64,000 nt of DNA from Desulfurococcaceae archaeon (GCA_038816475.1 JAWBAI010000002.1:109618-173617); one strand, 5' to 3'. Shown: positions 50,740-61,294, numbered from the stretch's first letter. Numbers and translations are program-made. The notes: generated by a model from the letters alone, not told the origin.

Positions 50740-52035
50740 CTACAAGCAGGTGTTCACGGTTTCCCCGTTCGCAGGTACGTGCACTCTTACATCGTTACCG
50801 AGTACTTCTCTGATCCGCGCTGCAAGTTCTTTGGCGTCCTGCGGGGATCCATGAACTATGATTACGTCTTTGAGAGTACTCCTAAACCCGTCTATGTACT
50901 TTACGATGTCATCTCTACCAGCGTGACTTGAGAGGTCTATCCACTCTACTCTGGCTTTAACCGGGTAGTCTATTCCTTGCTCCTTGAGCACTCCGGTTTC
51001 AAGTAGCTTGTGACCATTGCTATTAACCGCTTGATAACTCACCAGTACAATGCTGTTTCTTCCATCCTGAGCCAGGTGCTTTAGGTAGTAGAGACTTGGT
51101 CCACCCTTAAGCATTCCAGCTGATGCAACAATTACGCATGGTGTTGGTTTTTTAACAAGCTTTCTTCTCATTGAAGAATCTGTTATGAAGTTCACGTTTT
51201 CTACAACGCGCTGAAACAACGCTGGATCTCTTAGAAACTTCTTGTGCTTAAGGTAAATCTCCGTGATATCTCTGCTCATACCATCAACGTATATGTCCAA
51301 GTAGGGTGCTTGCACGTGTAGTACTGTTATTACCTCCTGCGTACGCCCCACGCTGAATGCTGGTATTAGAACAGTGCCTCCTTTGTCAATGGTTTCTTCA
51401 ACCACTTCTACGAGTCTTTTCTCTGCATGGTGTCTTTCGGGGTGATTTCTACCACCGTAGGTTGACTCTACTATCAGTGTTGTAACTCCCTGGAGAGGAC
51501 GTTCAGCACTTCTCAAAGTCCACGTTTGAAGAGTATTGAAATCACCGGTGTAGAGTATTTTCTCACCGTTGGGTGCTTCTATGTACACCATCGAGCTACC
51601 CAGAATATGGCCTGCATCGAATAGTTGTACTGTGAATTCATCTAAGTCTACTCTTTCTCCGTAGTCTAGAAACACTGTGCTCCTGTACATTCTATCGAAC
51701 TCTCTAATCTCGTACTCTACGTAGTACGAGTTTAGCTTGAGGAAGTCTAGTATCAGTAGTCTTGCAATATCCATTGTGGGCCTAGTTGCGAAAACCCTGG
51801 GATTTTCGCTTATGAAGAGGTAGGGTGCTGCACCCACGTGGTCTAAGTGAGCATGCGTTATACCTATAAATGAAACATCGATAGGTCTAACGTGCAATGG
51901 TAGTTTGGGTTTGTCTTCTTCATCAAAGCTTATTCCATAGTCAAGGAGTATTCCCTTGTCTCCGTGCTTCAGGTATACAGCTGATCTACCCACTTCTTGT
52001 CCTCCACCCAGGATCTTCACCTCCATGATCAGCAC
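50740..52035 (-). CDS. beta-CASP MBL ribonuclease (aCPSF2-like)
   Basis: GGGQEVGRS, THAHLDH, AGHILGS, ESTYG, SSHA. Confidence 0.92.
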   Translation of the reverse strand: MLIMEVKILGGGQEVGRSAVYLKHGDKGILLDYGISFDEEDKPKLPLHVRPIDVSFIGITHAHLDHVGAAPYLFISENPRVFATRPTMDIARLLILDFLKLNSYYVEYEIREFDRMYRSTVFLDYGERVDLDEFTVQLFDAGHILGSSMVYIEAPNGEKILYTGDFNTLQTWTLRSAERPLQGVTTLIVESTYGGRNHPERHHAEKRLVEVVEETIDKGGTVLIPAFSVGRTQEVITVLHVQAPYLDIYVDGMSRDITEIYLKHKKFLRDPALFQRVVENVNFITDSSMRRKLVKKPTPCVIVASAGMLKGGPSLYYLKHLAQDGRNSIVLVSYQAVNSNGHKLLETGVLKEQGIDYPVKARVEWIDLSSHAGRDDIVKYIDGFRSTLKDVIIVHGSPQDAKELAARIREVLGNDVRVHVPANGETVNTCL

Positions 52036-52128
52036 TCTCAGAATCGATCGAGCTGGTTTATACGCATTAGGCTATTGGTCTTAAAAAGATTAATGGGTGA
52101 ATTCCTTAATAAGGATGGTGTTTTTACC

Positions 52129-52506
52129 TTGGTGTTCTTTGCACCACACGAGCTTAAGAAGCTTCTGAGGAGGTACGGAGTTGAAGTCGTAGAACTAAAG
52201 GACGTTGAGAAGGTGGAATTCTACACTAGCAGTAAAAAGCTCGTTGTTCAGAAACCCACGGTGCTTGTCTTCAAGTACGGTAATCAATCAATATACCAGG
52301 TATTCGGAGAGGAGATCCTGGAAACCCCGCTTGTTCCGAAGCCCGAAGAGCAGGCTGTTGAATCCATCACAGTATCAGAGGAGGATGTAAGGTTTGTTGC
52401 AGAACACACTGGGGTATCATACGAAGAAGCTAAGAAGGCTCTCATGAAGGCTAAAGGAGACATAGCGAAAGCTATTATGCTACTAACAGAGGGTAAGCAT
52501 CAATGA
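52129..52506 (+). CDS. nac: nascent polypeptide-associated complex protein
   Basis: ELKKLLRRYG, YQVFGE, EEDV.FVAEHTGVS..KGDIAKAI UBA domain; start TTG 52129. Confidence 0.92.
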   Translation: MVFFAPHELKKLLRRYGVEVVELKDVEKVEFYTSSKKLVVQKPTVLVFKYGNQSIYQVFGEEILETPLVPKPEEQAVESITVSEEDVRFVAEHTGVSYEEAKKALMKAKGDIAKAIMLLTEGKHQ

Positions 52507-55118
52507 GCAACCGAGAAGAAGTAGTTTCCAGGATAAACCTCAGCTTGCCTTTTAAAGCAAGTTTAGTGAAAACACTGCATGAACCACACTTTCTTGTTGG
52601 CGTGTACTACGACGGCAAGATCGGAAAAGCTGTTCTGCAGTTCTTAACCGAGGATGGAGCAAAACTAGTCAACATTGTTGATATGTGGAATCACAAGCCC
52701 TACTTCTTAACCGACGAAAGCGTGGACAAACTCAAGGAGATCTTTGCTGGTGAGAAGGATGTTGAAGGATTAGAGGAAGTAGAGAAGATCGATCCCTTGA
52801 GCATGCAGAGGATCAGAGTTACCAAGGTTATCACGAAAGATCCTCTTGTAGTCAAGAGATTAAGAAATAAGGTAAGAAGCGCTTGGGAGGCAAAGATCAA
52901 GTACCATGCTAACTACATATTCGATGTGGCGTTAATCCCAGGTATGAAATTCCAGGTGCTCAACGAGGGATCACCTAAACTAGTGCTAGTTAAACCTCGT
53001 GCACCAGAGGAAGTCAAAAGAACTGTTGATAGGATCTTTGAAAAAGAACCAGAGTTAACACGTAAACTCGCAGAAGAATTCATGAACCTGTTCGAAGAAC
53101 CACCTCCTAGAGCTCAACGCGTAGCTGTTGACATAGAGGTGTACACTCCCTTCAAGGGTAGAATACCTAGTGCTAGGCTTGCAGAGTACCCAGTAATAAG
53201 CATAGCTGTTGCTGGATACGATGGCTTTAGAAAAGTGTTCATGCTTGCACGTAACTTTAAACACAGCTTCATGTACGCTGTTGAGCAAAACCTTTACCCA
53301 GCTAACGCCGAAATCGAAATATACGACAGCGAGAGAGCTCTTATACTGGATTTCCTGAGAACAGTATCCAAGTATCCTGTGATACTAACGTACAACGGTG
53401 ATAACTTCGACTTACTCTACCTTTACACAAGGTCTCTTAAGCTCGGAGTACCAAGGTACATGATACCATTTAGAGTAGGCGAAGAGATGGTTAAGGTAGA
53501 ATTTGCATTGCACATCGACTTGTACAAGTTCTTCTCAAATAGAGCTATAAAGAACTATGCTTTTGGGGGTAAATACCAGGAGGAGAAGCTGGATGCTGTA
53601 GCATCTGCTCTTCTTGGTATATCCAAGATAGGGTTTGAGGAGACTGTGAGCGAGATCTCGGCTGGGCTCTTGGCTACCTATAACCTCAGAGACGCGGAGA
53701 TCACTCTGATGCTGACAACCTTCAACGACGAGTTAACATGGAAGCTAATAGTTCTGATGGCACGTATCTCGAAAACCAGCATTGAGGAGCTATGCCGTAA
53801 GCAGATATCAACTTGGATTCAAAACCTGTTCTTCTGGGAGCACAGGCGGCTTAACTACCTTATTAGAAACAAGGAGGACATTGAAAAGCTGGTTAAATCG
53901 ACAACTCGAGCAACCATTGAAGGCAAAAAGTACGCTGGTGCACTCGTAGTAGAGCCTCCTCGTGGAGTGTTCTTCAACGTTGTAGTCTTAGACATAGCTT
54001 CTCTGTACCCAAGTATTATAAAGAACTACAATCTGAGCTACGAAACAGTTGATATGCCGTGGTGCAAGAAAAAACAGCAAATTGTTGATGAAACGGGTAA
54101 AGTGCTTCACTACGTGTGCTTAGATGCACCAGGTTTAACTGCTCAGCTAGTCGGGGTTCTCAGAGACTTCAGAGTAGAAGTATACAAGAAGAAGAGCAAG
54201 GATCCATCGCTTACACCTGAGCAGAAGGCCTGGTACGATGTTGTTCAGAGAGCTATCAAGGTGTTCGTGAACGCGAGCTACGGTGTATTCGGAGACGAAA
54301 GGTTCCCGCTTTACTCTCCAGCTGTAGCTGAAAGCGTGACAGCTCTTGGCCGAAGATCCTTCATGAGCATTGTAATTAAAGCTGCTGAAATGGGCATAAA
54401 AACACTCTACGGTGATACAGACTCGATATTCGTATGGGCTTCTACACAGAAGCAGCTTGAACTTCTGCAAAAGTGGGTTCAGCAAACACTAGGACTTGAC
54501 ATAGAGTTGGACAAGGAGTTCACCTACGCTATATTCACAGGGTTGAAGAAAAACTACCTGGGTCGAACAAAGTCTGGTGAAATCGAGATCAAGGGTCTCA
54601 TTGTTAAGAAGAGGAACACACCAGAGTTCATGAAAATCCTCTTCAACAACATTATTGATACCATTAGAAAAGTTGAAACACCCGAGGATATAGCAGGGTT
54701 CATTACCTGGATTGAAAAGGTTACCAGAGAATACTACCATGGGTTAAAGCAAAAAGAGATACCCCTTGATCAACTGGCTATAAAGACAACTCTCTCCAAG
54801 GATTTATCAACGTATGTTAAAAACAAACCACAGCATGTTAAAGCTGCTTTGCAGCTGAAGCAGTACGGAATTGATGTTCAAGAAAACGACGTCATAGTGT
54901 ACGTTAAGATAAAGGGAGGTGATGGTGTTAAGGCTATTCAACTAGCACGTCAACACGAGGTAGACCCGGAGAAGTATGTTGAAACACTTAAGACCGGGTT
55001 AGAACAGTTCCTTTCAGCACTTGGCATAAAGTGGGAGGACATAGTGTCGGGTGAACTCAGCAAAGCAGGTTCCTTACGTGAGCTCACTAAACTTAGGGGT
55101 TCAATCCCGCAGAAGTAG
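52503..55118 (+). CDS. family B DNA polymerase B1
   Basis: HKPYFL, DIEV, YNGDNFD, DIASLYPS, NASYG, YGDTDS, KKNY. Confidence 0.96.
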   Translation: MSNREEVVSRINLSLPFKASLVKTLHEPHFLVGVYYDGKIGKAVLQFLTEDGAKLVNIVDMWNHKPYFLTDESVDKLKEIFAGEKDVEGLEEVEKIDPLSMQRIRVTKVITKDPLVVKRLRNKVRSAWEAKIKYHANYIFDVALIPGMKFQVLNEGSPKLVLVKPRAPEEVKRTVDRIFEKEPELTRKLAEEFMNLFEEPPPRAQRVAVDIEVYTPFKGRIPSARLAEYPVISIAVAGYDGFRKVFMLARNFKHSFMYAVEQNLYPANAEIEIYDSERALILDFLRTVSKYPVILTYNGDNFDLLYLYTRSLKLGVPRYMIPFRVGEEMVKVEFALHIDLYKFFSNRAIKNYAFGGKYQEEKLDAVASALLGISKIGFEETVSEISAGLLATYNLRDAEITLMLTTFNDELTWKLIVLMARISKTSIEELCRKQISTWIQNLFFWEHRRLNYLIRNKEDIEKLVKSTTRATIEGKKYAGALVVEPPRGVFFNVVVLDIASLYPSIIKNYNLSYETVDMPWCKKKQQIVDETGKVLHYVCLDAPGLTAQLVGVLRDFRVEVYKKKSKDPSLTPEQKAWYDVVQRAIKVFVNASYGVFGDERFPLYSPAVAESVTALGRRSFMSIVIKAAEMGIKTLYGDTDSIFVWASTQKQLELLQKWVQQTLGLDIELDKEFTYAIFTGLKKNYLGRTKSGEIEIKGLIVKKRNTPEFMKILFNNIIDTIRKVETPEDIAGFITWIEKVTREYYHGLKQKEIPLDQLAIKTTLSKDLSTYVKNKPQHVKAALQLKQYGIDVQENDVIVYVKIKGGDGVKAIQLARQHEVDPEKYVETLKTGLEQFLSALGIKWEDIVSGELSKAGSLRELTKLRGSIPQK

Positions 55119-55186
55119 AAAAACCTATCCTTATAATAACCCTTATACACAGAAAAAGTAATCTGTGTACTTAAGGTGTCGCGATC

Positions 55187-55474
55187 ATGCCCAAGAAGAG
55201 AGAAAGCAGAGGTCGTAGGAAGGGAGATAAGGGGTATGTGGAGAGAATATCCTGTGATCAGTGCGGTGCACTAGTACCCTCCGATAAAGCTATATGCGTT
55301 ACGAGAATGTACAGCCCAGTTCCACCCGGTTTAGCTGAAGAACTAGAGAAGAAGGGAGCGATCATCATGAAGTACCCGGTAGAAAAGTGCTACTGTATTT
55401 CATGCGCTATATTCCTTGGTGTAATAAAGGTTAGACCGGAGGAGGAGAGAAAGCCTAAGCAAGTGCATATTTAA
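55187..55474 (+). CDS. rps26e: 30S ribosomal protein S26e
   Basis: MPKKRESRGRRKG, CDQCG, DKA, YCISCA. Confidence 0.96.
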   Translation: MPKKRESRGRRKGDKGYVERISCDQCGALVPSDKAICVTRMYSPVPPGLAEELEKKGAIIMKYPVEKCYCISCAIFLGVIKVRPEEERKPKQVHI

Positions 55475-55520
55475 ACTCCAACGCTATACGATACTCGTAG
55501 ATTAAGGGTGTATCTTAGCT

Positions 55521-55847
55521 TTGAAGGCATCAAAGGTAGTTATTGTAACAGCTGATTATCACCCATACCATAAGTTGTGGTTGTCTCTCGCTGAGAAACT
55601 AAGCGGTATTCTAAAGGTACCACTTGAGGTTAAAATTGAAGACTACGTGTACCTCGTTGAACACGGTGATAAAGACGAGTTTGGAATGAGCTGGCTACCA
55701 CAGATACTCGTTGAACTGGAGAACGGTGAAGTACACTGGTTGCTCTCCCGATTACCACTTAACGAACGCTTGCAACCAGATGAGAGTAAAGCAGTAGAAG
55801 AAATGCTTACGAAACTACGTGAACTCAACGTAGAAATACCCCAGTAG
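55521..55847 (+). CDS. hypothetical thioredoxin-like fold protein
   Basis: HPYHK, EDY..L..HGDKDEFGM.WLPQ. Confidence 0.7.
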   Translation: MKASKVVIVTADYHPYHKLWLSLAEKLSGILKVPLEVKIEDYVYLVEHGDKDEFGMSWLPQILVELENGEVHWLLSRLPLNERLQPDESKAVEEMLTKLRELNVEIPQ

Positions 55848-55986
55848 CTTCCCCCTCTGAAACCCGGTAAAGCAAAGTTTTACACTCTGCTATCCTCCTG
55901 TGCTGAAATCCACGTGAATTAAATTTAACCTGTCTAAAAACTGTATGTATTACTGGCTACAGCTAGAGTGCTGCATCGGGAGAACT

Positions 55987-56466
55987 ATGGTTTTCGTGCC
56001 ATACGTACCAACACCGTATCCTGTGGTAAGAGCTATGCTTAAACTTGCTAATGCTGGACCAGACGATGTAGTGTACGACCTGGGATGTGGTGATGGACGC
56101 ATACTCGTAGTTGCTGCAAAGGAGTTCAACGTAAAGAAAGCTGTTGGCATAGAGCTTGACAAGGAGAGGTATAAGATTGCTCTTGAGAGAATAAGAGAGG
56201 AGAAGCTAGTAGACAGAGTTGAAGTTGTACACGGAGACTTCTTCGATGTTTACATTGGTGAAGCAACAGTAGTAACCCTCTTTCTGCTAACATCTGTGAA
56301 TGAAATGCTGAAACCCAAGTTCGAAAAAGAGCTGAAGGATGGAACAAGAATAGTGAGCCACGAGTTCAGAATACCGGGTTGGAAGCCGGAGAAGGTAATA
56401 GAGGTAAGAGACGATAATGGACTGCTTCACACAATATACCTATACGTTAAGGGAAGACATTTCTAG
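55987..56466 (+). CDS. SAM-dependent protein-lysine methyltransferase (aKMT-like)
   Basis: VPYVPTP, YDLGCGDGR, ATVVTLFLL, RIVSHEF; start ATG 55987. Confidence 0.88.
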   Translation: MVFVPYVPTPYPVVRAMLKLANAGPDDVVYDLGCGDGRILVVAAKEFNVKKAVGIELDKERYKIALERIREEKLVDRVEVVHGDFFDVYIGEATVVTLFLLTSVNEMLKPKFEKELKDGTRIVSHEFRIPGWKPEKVIEVRDDNGLLHTIYLYVKGRHF

Positions 56467-57237
56467 CGACTTCCTTGCGAAGACTATGTACCCGGTGTGA
56501 CCGATCATTCGAGACCTGGGTCTAACAGCGTCTTTTTCAACTCTGTACTCTCTGAGAAGAGTTTCATAGGTATGTATATCGATGAACACTCCGGTTTCCC
56601 TGAGAGCTAGAACTGTTTTTTCAACCTGGTTTACTGTTGGAACGTAGATTAAAACGGGTGCTGATGGCTTTAGTACTCTGCTGATGCTTCGAAGAGCGTT
56701 CCATGGGTCGGGTATATCCATGAAGAACGCGTCCAAGGCTTCCTCGATGGCTAGATCTGTTCTCACGTCGTGCTTTCTCAGGTCTACTCTATCCGCTAAT
56801 CCTGTTTTCTCAAGGTTTAATCTTGCACACTTGAGTGCTTTATCTGAGATGTCGAATCCGTAGAGTTTTCCCTTGTCTCCTATAACAGAGGCTATTGCTA
56901 GTGTTAGTACACCGCTTCCAACACCAGCTTCTCCTACTCTACTACCTGGACCTATACCCGATAGGTATATCATCAAAGCTACGTCCTTTGGGTGAATAAC
57001 CTGCGTTACTCTAGTTACACCAGCTGAGTAGTAGTCTAATCTTAGTGGTTTCAGTACGTAGGCAGTTACACCCTGGCTGGTTTTTACGGTACTACCGTAT
57101 GGTATACCTATCATGCTGTCGTGGTGTATGTAGCCCTTGTCCGTACCAAGGATTTTTCCTCTAGTAAGCTTGGTTAGAAACTTCCTCTTGCTATCTATTA
57201 GTACAAGTACTGTTTCCCCCTCGCGGGTAATCTCCAT
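56440..57237 (-). CDS. trmI: tRNA m1A57/58 methyltransferase
   Basis: TQVIHPKD, EAGVGSG, DIPDPW, GHTGY. Confidence 0.95.
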   Translation of the reverse strand: MEITREGETVLVLIDSKRKFLTKLTRGKILGTDKGYIHHDSMIGIPYGSTVKTSQGVTAYVLKPLRLDYYSAGVTRVTQVIHPKDVALMIYLSGIGPGSRVGEAGVGSGVLTLAIASVIGDKGKLYGFDISDKALKCARLNLEKTGLADRVDLRKHDVRTDLAIEEALDAFFMDIPDPWNALRSISRVLKPSAPVLIYVPTVNQVEKTVLALRETGVFIDIHTYETLLREYRVEKDAVRPRSRMIGHTGYIVFARKSLEMSSLNV

Positions 57238-57252
57238 TCGTTTGCTTACCTC

Positions 57253-57302
57253 TAAGCCCCGGTGTCACTCATCACTCCTTCAGAAATACCAGCTTTCAGC
57301 AC
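57253..57302 (-). ncRNA. box C/D guide sRNA (probable 16S helix-18 targets)
   Basis: GTGCTGA-aagctggtattt-CTGA-agga-GTGATGA-gtgacaccgggg-CTTA, directly upstream of trmI. Confidence 0.8.
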
Positions 57303-57377
57303 CATTATATCTACTAGCAGAGCCCTTTAAAACCATTAATTCGATTAAAACGTGGAGACAATGTCAGGGACTAGTGA

Positions 57378-57833
57378 ATGAAGGTTTTAGTGATCCCCAT
57401 TAAACCTGTTTTCGCCTACAGAATCTTCACGGGTAAGAAGAGGTATGATCTCAGGAAGCTTGTACGTAGAGTAGACATCAGGGTAGGTAGTAGAGTAGTA
57501 GTCTACGTTAGTGGTAGAGTTAAAGCTTTCATGGGCGAGTACACCGTGGGACGCGTTGTACAAGGTCCTCCAGACTACATAATCAAGGTGCTATCAGAAG
57601 ACCCTGATGCAGGAGTTGGTGAAGAAGACTACAGTTACATTAGAGGTGCAAAGCAAGCTGTTGCCATGGAGGTTGTTAACCCTATTGTTTACAAGAAGCC
57701 TGTGGAGCTTAAACCCATTCTGCACTTGTTTCCAGACTATCAGCCACCCCTCGGTATTCAAGAGCTGGATGCTCATGAACCAGTAGTAGTACTGGTTTTC
57801 GATAGAGCTAGAAGAATGTCTCTTGGTTCATGA
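57378..57833 (+). CDS. ASCH/PUA-like domain protein
   Basis: IKP.FA.RIF.GKKRYDLR, VVYVS, PP. Confidence 0.82.
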   Translation: MKVLVIPIKPVFAYRIFTGKKRYDLRKLVRRVDIRVGSRVVVYVSGRVKAFMGEYTVGRVVQGPPDYIIKVLSEDPDAGVGEEDYSYIRGAKQAVAMEVVNPIVYKKPVELKPILHLFPDYQPPLGIQELDAHEPVVVLVFDRARRMSLGS

Positions 57834-57864
57834 ACAGTGCTCAGGTTTAACGGAAGTAAAACAG

Positions 57865-58077
57865 CTAGAAATCGAACTCTTCCTCTACTTCCTTCTCCTC
57901 CTCTTCTCTCATCCAGAGCTCTCTTCTCAGAAGATCCCTTACTGCTATTCTGATAACTTCGCTCTTGTTCCTGTACTTGCCTATCTTAACCAGTTCTTCT
58001 ATGCCTTCTACGTAGAGCTCAGGCATTTTAACGGTTACTAGTCTAAGCCTGGGTCTACTGTAGTGTAGTGGCTTCAT
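57865..58077 (-). CDS. ribbon-helix-helix (CopG) regulator
   Basis: VTVKMPE...IEELV..G.YRNKSEVIR.AVRDLL. Confidence 0.9.
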   Translation of the reverse strand: MKPLHYSRPRLRLVTVKMPELYVEGIEELVKIGKYRNKSEVIRIAVRDLLRRELWMREEEEKEVEEEFDF

Positions 58078-58145
58078 GCTGATACCCCAATTACACTATG
58101 CTCATCATGATATGGTTTAAAAGAAAGGGGTGCATTGAATTGTAG

Positions 58146-59591
58146 CTAGTAGAGTACTAGCTTATCGAGAACTCCTTGAAGTAGGTTAAACCAGGTGCTT
58201 ACTAGTTTGTTAACCGTGTTTTTGCTTGTTAGTAGGTTAACAACGTACACGAGGTTTACGTAAACCATTGGTGCTAGGTGTATACTGTAGAAGCTGTACT
58301 GTGTTCTACCTCCCAGTATCCACGTGAGAAGGTATCCGCTGAAAACACCGAGGTAGAATAGTACTATGTAACCATACTCCTTAACCCCCGTGTAGATCGC
58401 TGGAAGCGCTAGTACTAGTAGTGCAACCGAGGTTACCCATAGTGGTGTAATACCTGTAGCGTAGAGTACTCGTCCACCGGGGTAAACGTAGAGTGGGAAG
58501 CTGTTTAAACCGAGAAACCAATCCCATGGTGCTGAGCTCTGTGGGCAGTGTGCACCTATGCACTTTACGCTGAGATGCCATTTCGCTGAACCGAGAACTG
58601 CTCTCGTGAACCAGTCTACTACACCCATGTAGGCTATTAGTGGTAGTGAAGCAAGAGTTAGCATGCTTAAGTAGAGAAGAACTGCTGAGAACGTGTAGAA
58701 CAATGCTGAGAGGAGGAATGTTCTCACTCTAGTTGGACCCGGTGGCTTGGTTTTAGCGTCTCTTCTAGCTAGGAGGATTACAATGGGGATTACTGTGAAG
58801 AGGCTTGATGCTTTGAAGAGAGCTCCGGTGAGTCCTGCTAGTAGAGCCCAGTTGTACTTCCTGCTTACTGCGAGGTACAAGGCTAGGGTGGTGAAGAGTG
58901 CTACGTATCCATCGAGTAGTGCTATGCTGAAGAGAGCTCTTGACAGAGTATCCACGACTAGTAGAACAGCTCCTGCAATAGCTACAAGCATGTTCCTTGT
59001 CAGCTTTTCGAGAACAAGGAGAACAAGTAGAACTGTTAGAGCACCTGCTACTACCACGGGTATTCTCCAGTAAACTGGTTCATCTCCCAGCGCGTACATG
59101 GATAGTGCAATCAGGTACTTTCCGAGCGGTGGATGCTCCCAGTTCAAGTAGATGTGTATGTGTTCTCTGTCAGGCATAGCCCAACCGGGTATCACCACGT
59201 CCACGGTGTATCTTTCACTGGTTTTTTCGATGAACTCCTGTACCATGTTCCTTGAGCCAGCTACGTAGACTGCGGGTATGTTCTTGTAGAATGTGATGTT
59301 TAAACCAAGTTGTCTACTAAGGATAACCAAGTACACCTCGTCTTGTACTTTCTCCCTGAAGACCACGGTTGCTCCGTACCTTTCGACTTGCCTTGGCTCA
59401 GCTTTGAACAATCTAACGAGGATTACTCTTGATGCTGAAACATACCATGTTTCATCCGATACGTAGCCTAAACCCCCCTTTCTCTCCTCGAGTACACTGA
59501 ACTCCACGGAGCTCTGCCAGAACACGTAGCCTGCAATAGCAGCAATCAGCACGAAGACAACTAGACTCAGCTTGTTCCCCGAATACCTCAA
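58146..59591 (-). CDS. GT-C membrane glycosyltransferase (PMT/GT39-like)
   Basis: YVSDE.WY, NWEHPPLGKYLI, WR, LLD; many TM segments. Confidence 0.85.
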   Translation of the reverse strand: MRYSGNKLSLVVFVLIAAIAGYVFWQSSVEFSVLEERKGGLGYVSDETWYVSASRVILVRLFKAEPRQVERYGATVVFREKVQDEVYLVILSRQLGLNITFYKNIPAVYVAGSRNMVQEFIEKTSERYTVDVVIPGWAMPDREHIHIYLNWEHPPLGKYLIALSMYALGDEPVYWRIPVVVAGALTVLLVLLVLEKLTRNMLVAIAGAVLLVVDTLSRALFSIALLDGYVALFTTLALYLAVSRKYNWALLAGLTGALFKASSLFTVIPIVILLARRDAKTKPPGPTRVRTFLLSALFYTFSAVLLYLSMLTLASLPLIAYMGVVDWFTRAVLGSAKWHLSVKCIGAHCPQSSAPWDWFLGLNSFPLYVYPGGRVLYATGITPLWVTSVALLVLALPAIYTGVKEYGYIVLFYLGVFSGYLLTWILGGRTQYSFYSIHLAPMVYVNLVYVVNLLTSKNTVNKLVSTWFNLLQGVLDKLVLY

Positions 59592-59801
59592 CCCAGGTTC
59601 TCCTCAACCACGGTAATGTATAAACCAACCACTCTAAATAACCAAACAAAACTCAAAACAACCTCGTGAGTTAACCCTCGTTGTTTAAGCACCGGAATAG
59701 CTTCAACTGAAAACTACTTGAACAAAGAGCTATAACGGATGATCAACAGGGTGTTCGAGGCAAACTATTTTAAACCTGTTAGCTGAATAAGTAGAAGTGA
59801 A

Positions 59802-59886
59802 GCCGGGGTCGCCTAGCCTGGTAGGGCGCCGGCCTGCTAAGCCGGTGGGGGATAACCCCGCGCGGGTTCAAATCCCGCCCCCGGCG
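59802..59886 (+). tRNA. tRNA-Ser(GCT)
   Basis: GCCGGGG/CCCCGGC, CCGGC-CT-GCT-AA-GCCGG, variable arm GGGG-ATAA-CCCC, GGTTCAAATCC. Confidence 0.97.
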
Positions 59887-59912
59887 CTGAATCCGCGAAA
59901 AATTTTTATACC

Positions 59913-61294
59913 TTGTTCATTGTCCCAGTTCTCAGTGGAAGCGTGGGACAAGAGAGTTCCTCCTGTGTTCTCGAGGAGTGGCAAGCTCGAGAGCTCCTCA
60001 TGAGGTTGAACAAGGCTTTGTCCATTAGGAAGATCGCTTTGAAGCTAGGTGTTAGTAAGTCGACTGTTCACCGCTGGTTGAAGAGCGGGAGGATAACATC
60101 AGAGTACGAGAATATGCGAGGTGTTTCCGGAGGAGGAGCTTCTCGCTGTTCTCAGAGCTGATCAGCTTCTTCAGCATTACGGAATAATGAGTAGTGATGG
60201 ACGTGTAAACAAACCACTAGTTCTAGCTCTTCTCGATGCAATGCTGAGAAACGATGTACTGAAAGAAGAGGTTTTAAACTACATTCTCAAGTACTACAAG
60301 GCTGATCTTACTGAGAGACTTGGAGAAGCTATTCCAAGAATAGAACTGAAGTGGACACCCGAGTTCGAGAGATGGCTACTTAAGCAGGATGGAAGACCCG
60401 GTAAACCCGTGTCCCATCGTACACTAGTGGATTACAAGAGAATATGGAGTAACTGCTTGGAAGGTAAAGTTCTCGGATGGCATCTCATCAGGCAACTTAG
60501 TGGTAAGCATATGGAGTGTAGAGATGGTAGGTATCATCCTACAGGTTGGGCTAGGCAGGTTGTAAGACACTACATTAAGTACCTCTACTCTAAGGGTGTT
60601 AGTGGTCTTGACTGGGATACCTACACTAGGTTAATGTTAGCTATTCCTGGACGTGGATACGGTAGAAAAGTAAGTCAAAAACCTGTACCAGTAGATAAGG
60701 TTGTTGAAGCTCTCGATTACCTGAGGCAGAACAACGAGAAGATCTACCTAGTATACACTCTCATGCTCTACTCTGGTGTAAGATTTGAGCATGTTATTCA
60801 TGCTCTCAACTCCTGGAATCCCAGTGAAGAACTATACGTAGAGTACCTAAATACAGATATCAAAAGACTCACATGCTTCGTGGAACACGGGTTCTGCAGA
60901 TACTACCTAGGTTTAGAGAGTAGTAGAAAAACCTGAAGCTTTCATGTACTTTCCAGTTCATCTCCTAGAGCTCGTAGAGAAGTACAAGGGTAGTATACCT
61001 AGACGTGATACTATTACCAAGTACGCGAAGGAAAAAGGAATACTTCAACCAAAGTACATCAGAGTCTTCACTATTAGGTTAATAAGAAGATTCTTCAGGA
61101 GAAGAGGAATGATGGATGTAGGTAACTTCATTCTGGGGAAGTTCTCGGAGCTGAGTGTAACCGAAGCACACTACTTGAATCTCCTAGAAGACGCAGACTC
61201 GGTTTATCCTGAGCTAGCTGAATTCATATCATCACAAGTTAAACGTGAAAACCAGGTTCTCACAATGCAGCACAGAACTAGTGCTAAGAACTAA
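59913..61294 (+). pseudogene. HTH-tyrosine integrase split in three frames (59913-60161, 60121-60936, 60944-61294)
   Basis: HTH IRKIALKLGVSKSTVHRW; YSGVRFEH (R), PKYIR (KxxR), FILGK, AHYL (Y); two single-base frameshifts restore one ORF. Confidence 0.85.
59920..59951. promoter_or_regulatory. inverted repeat TTGTCCCA-N16-TGGGACAA downstream of a TTTTTATA box
   Basis: perfect 8-bp IR overlapping the likely integrase TSS and GTG start (59943). Confidence 0.45.

Noticed and set aside
55050-55110. T-arm-like GGGTTCAATCCC and weak antisense C/D boxes at the PolB1 3' end
   Set aside because: In coding frame, no cloverleaf, boxes too degenerate
59797-60003. ORFs overlapping tRNA genes (59797-60003, 40299-40493)
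   Set aside because: Translation of tRNA sequence
60681-60693. 13-nt match ACCTGTACCAGTA between spacer 2 (reverse strand) and the integrase
   Set aside because: Flanks do not match; about one such hit is expected by chance across the window
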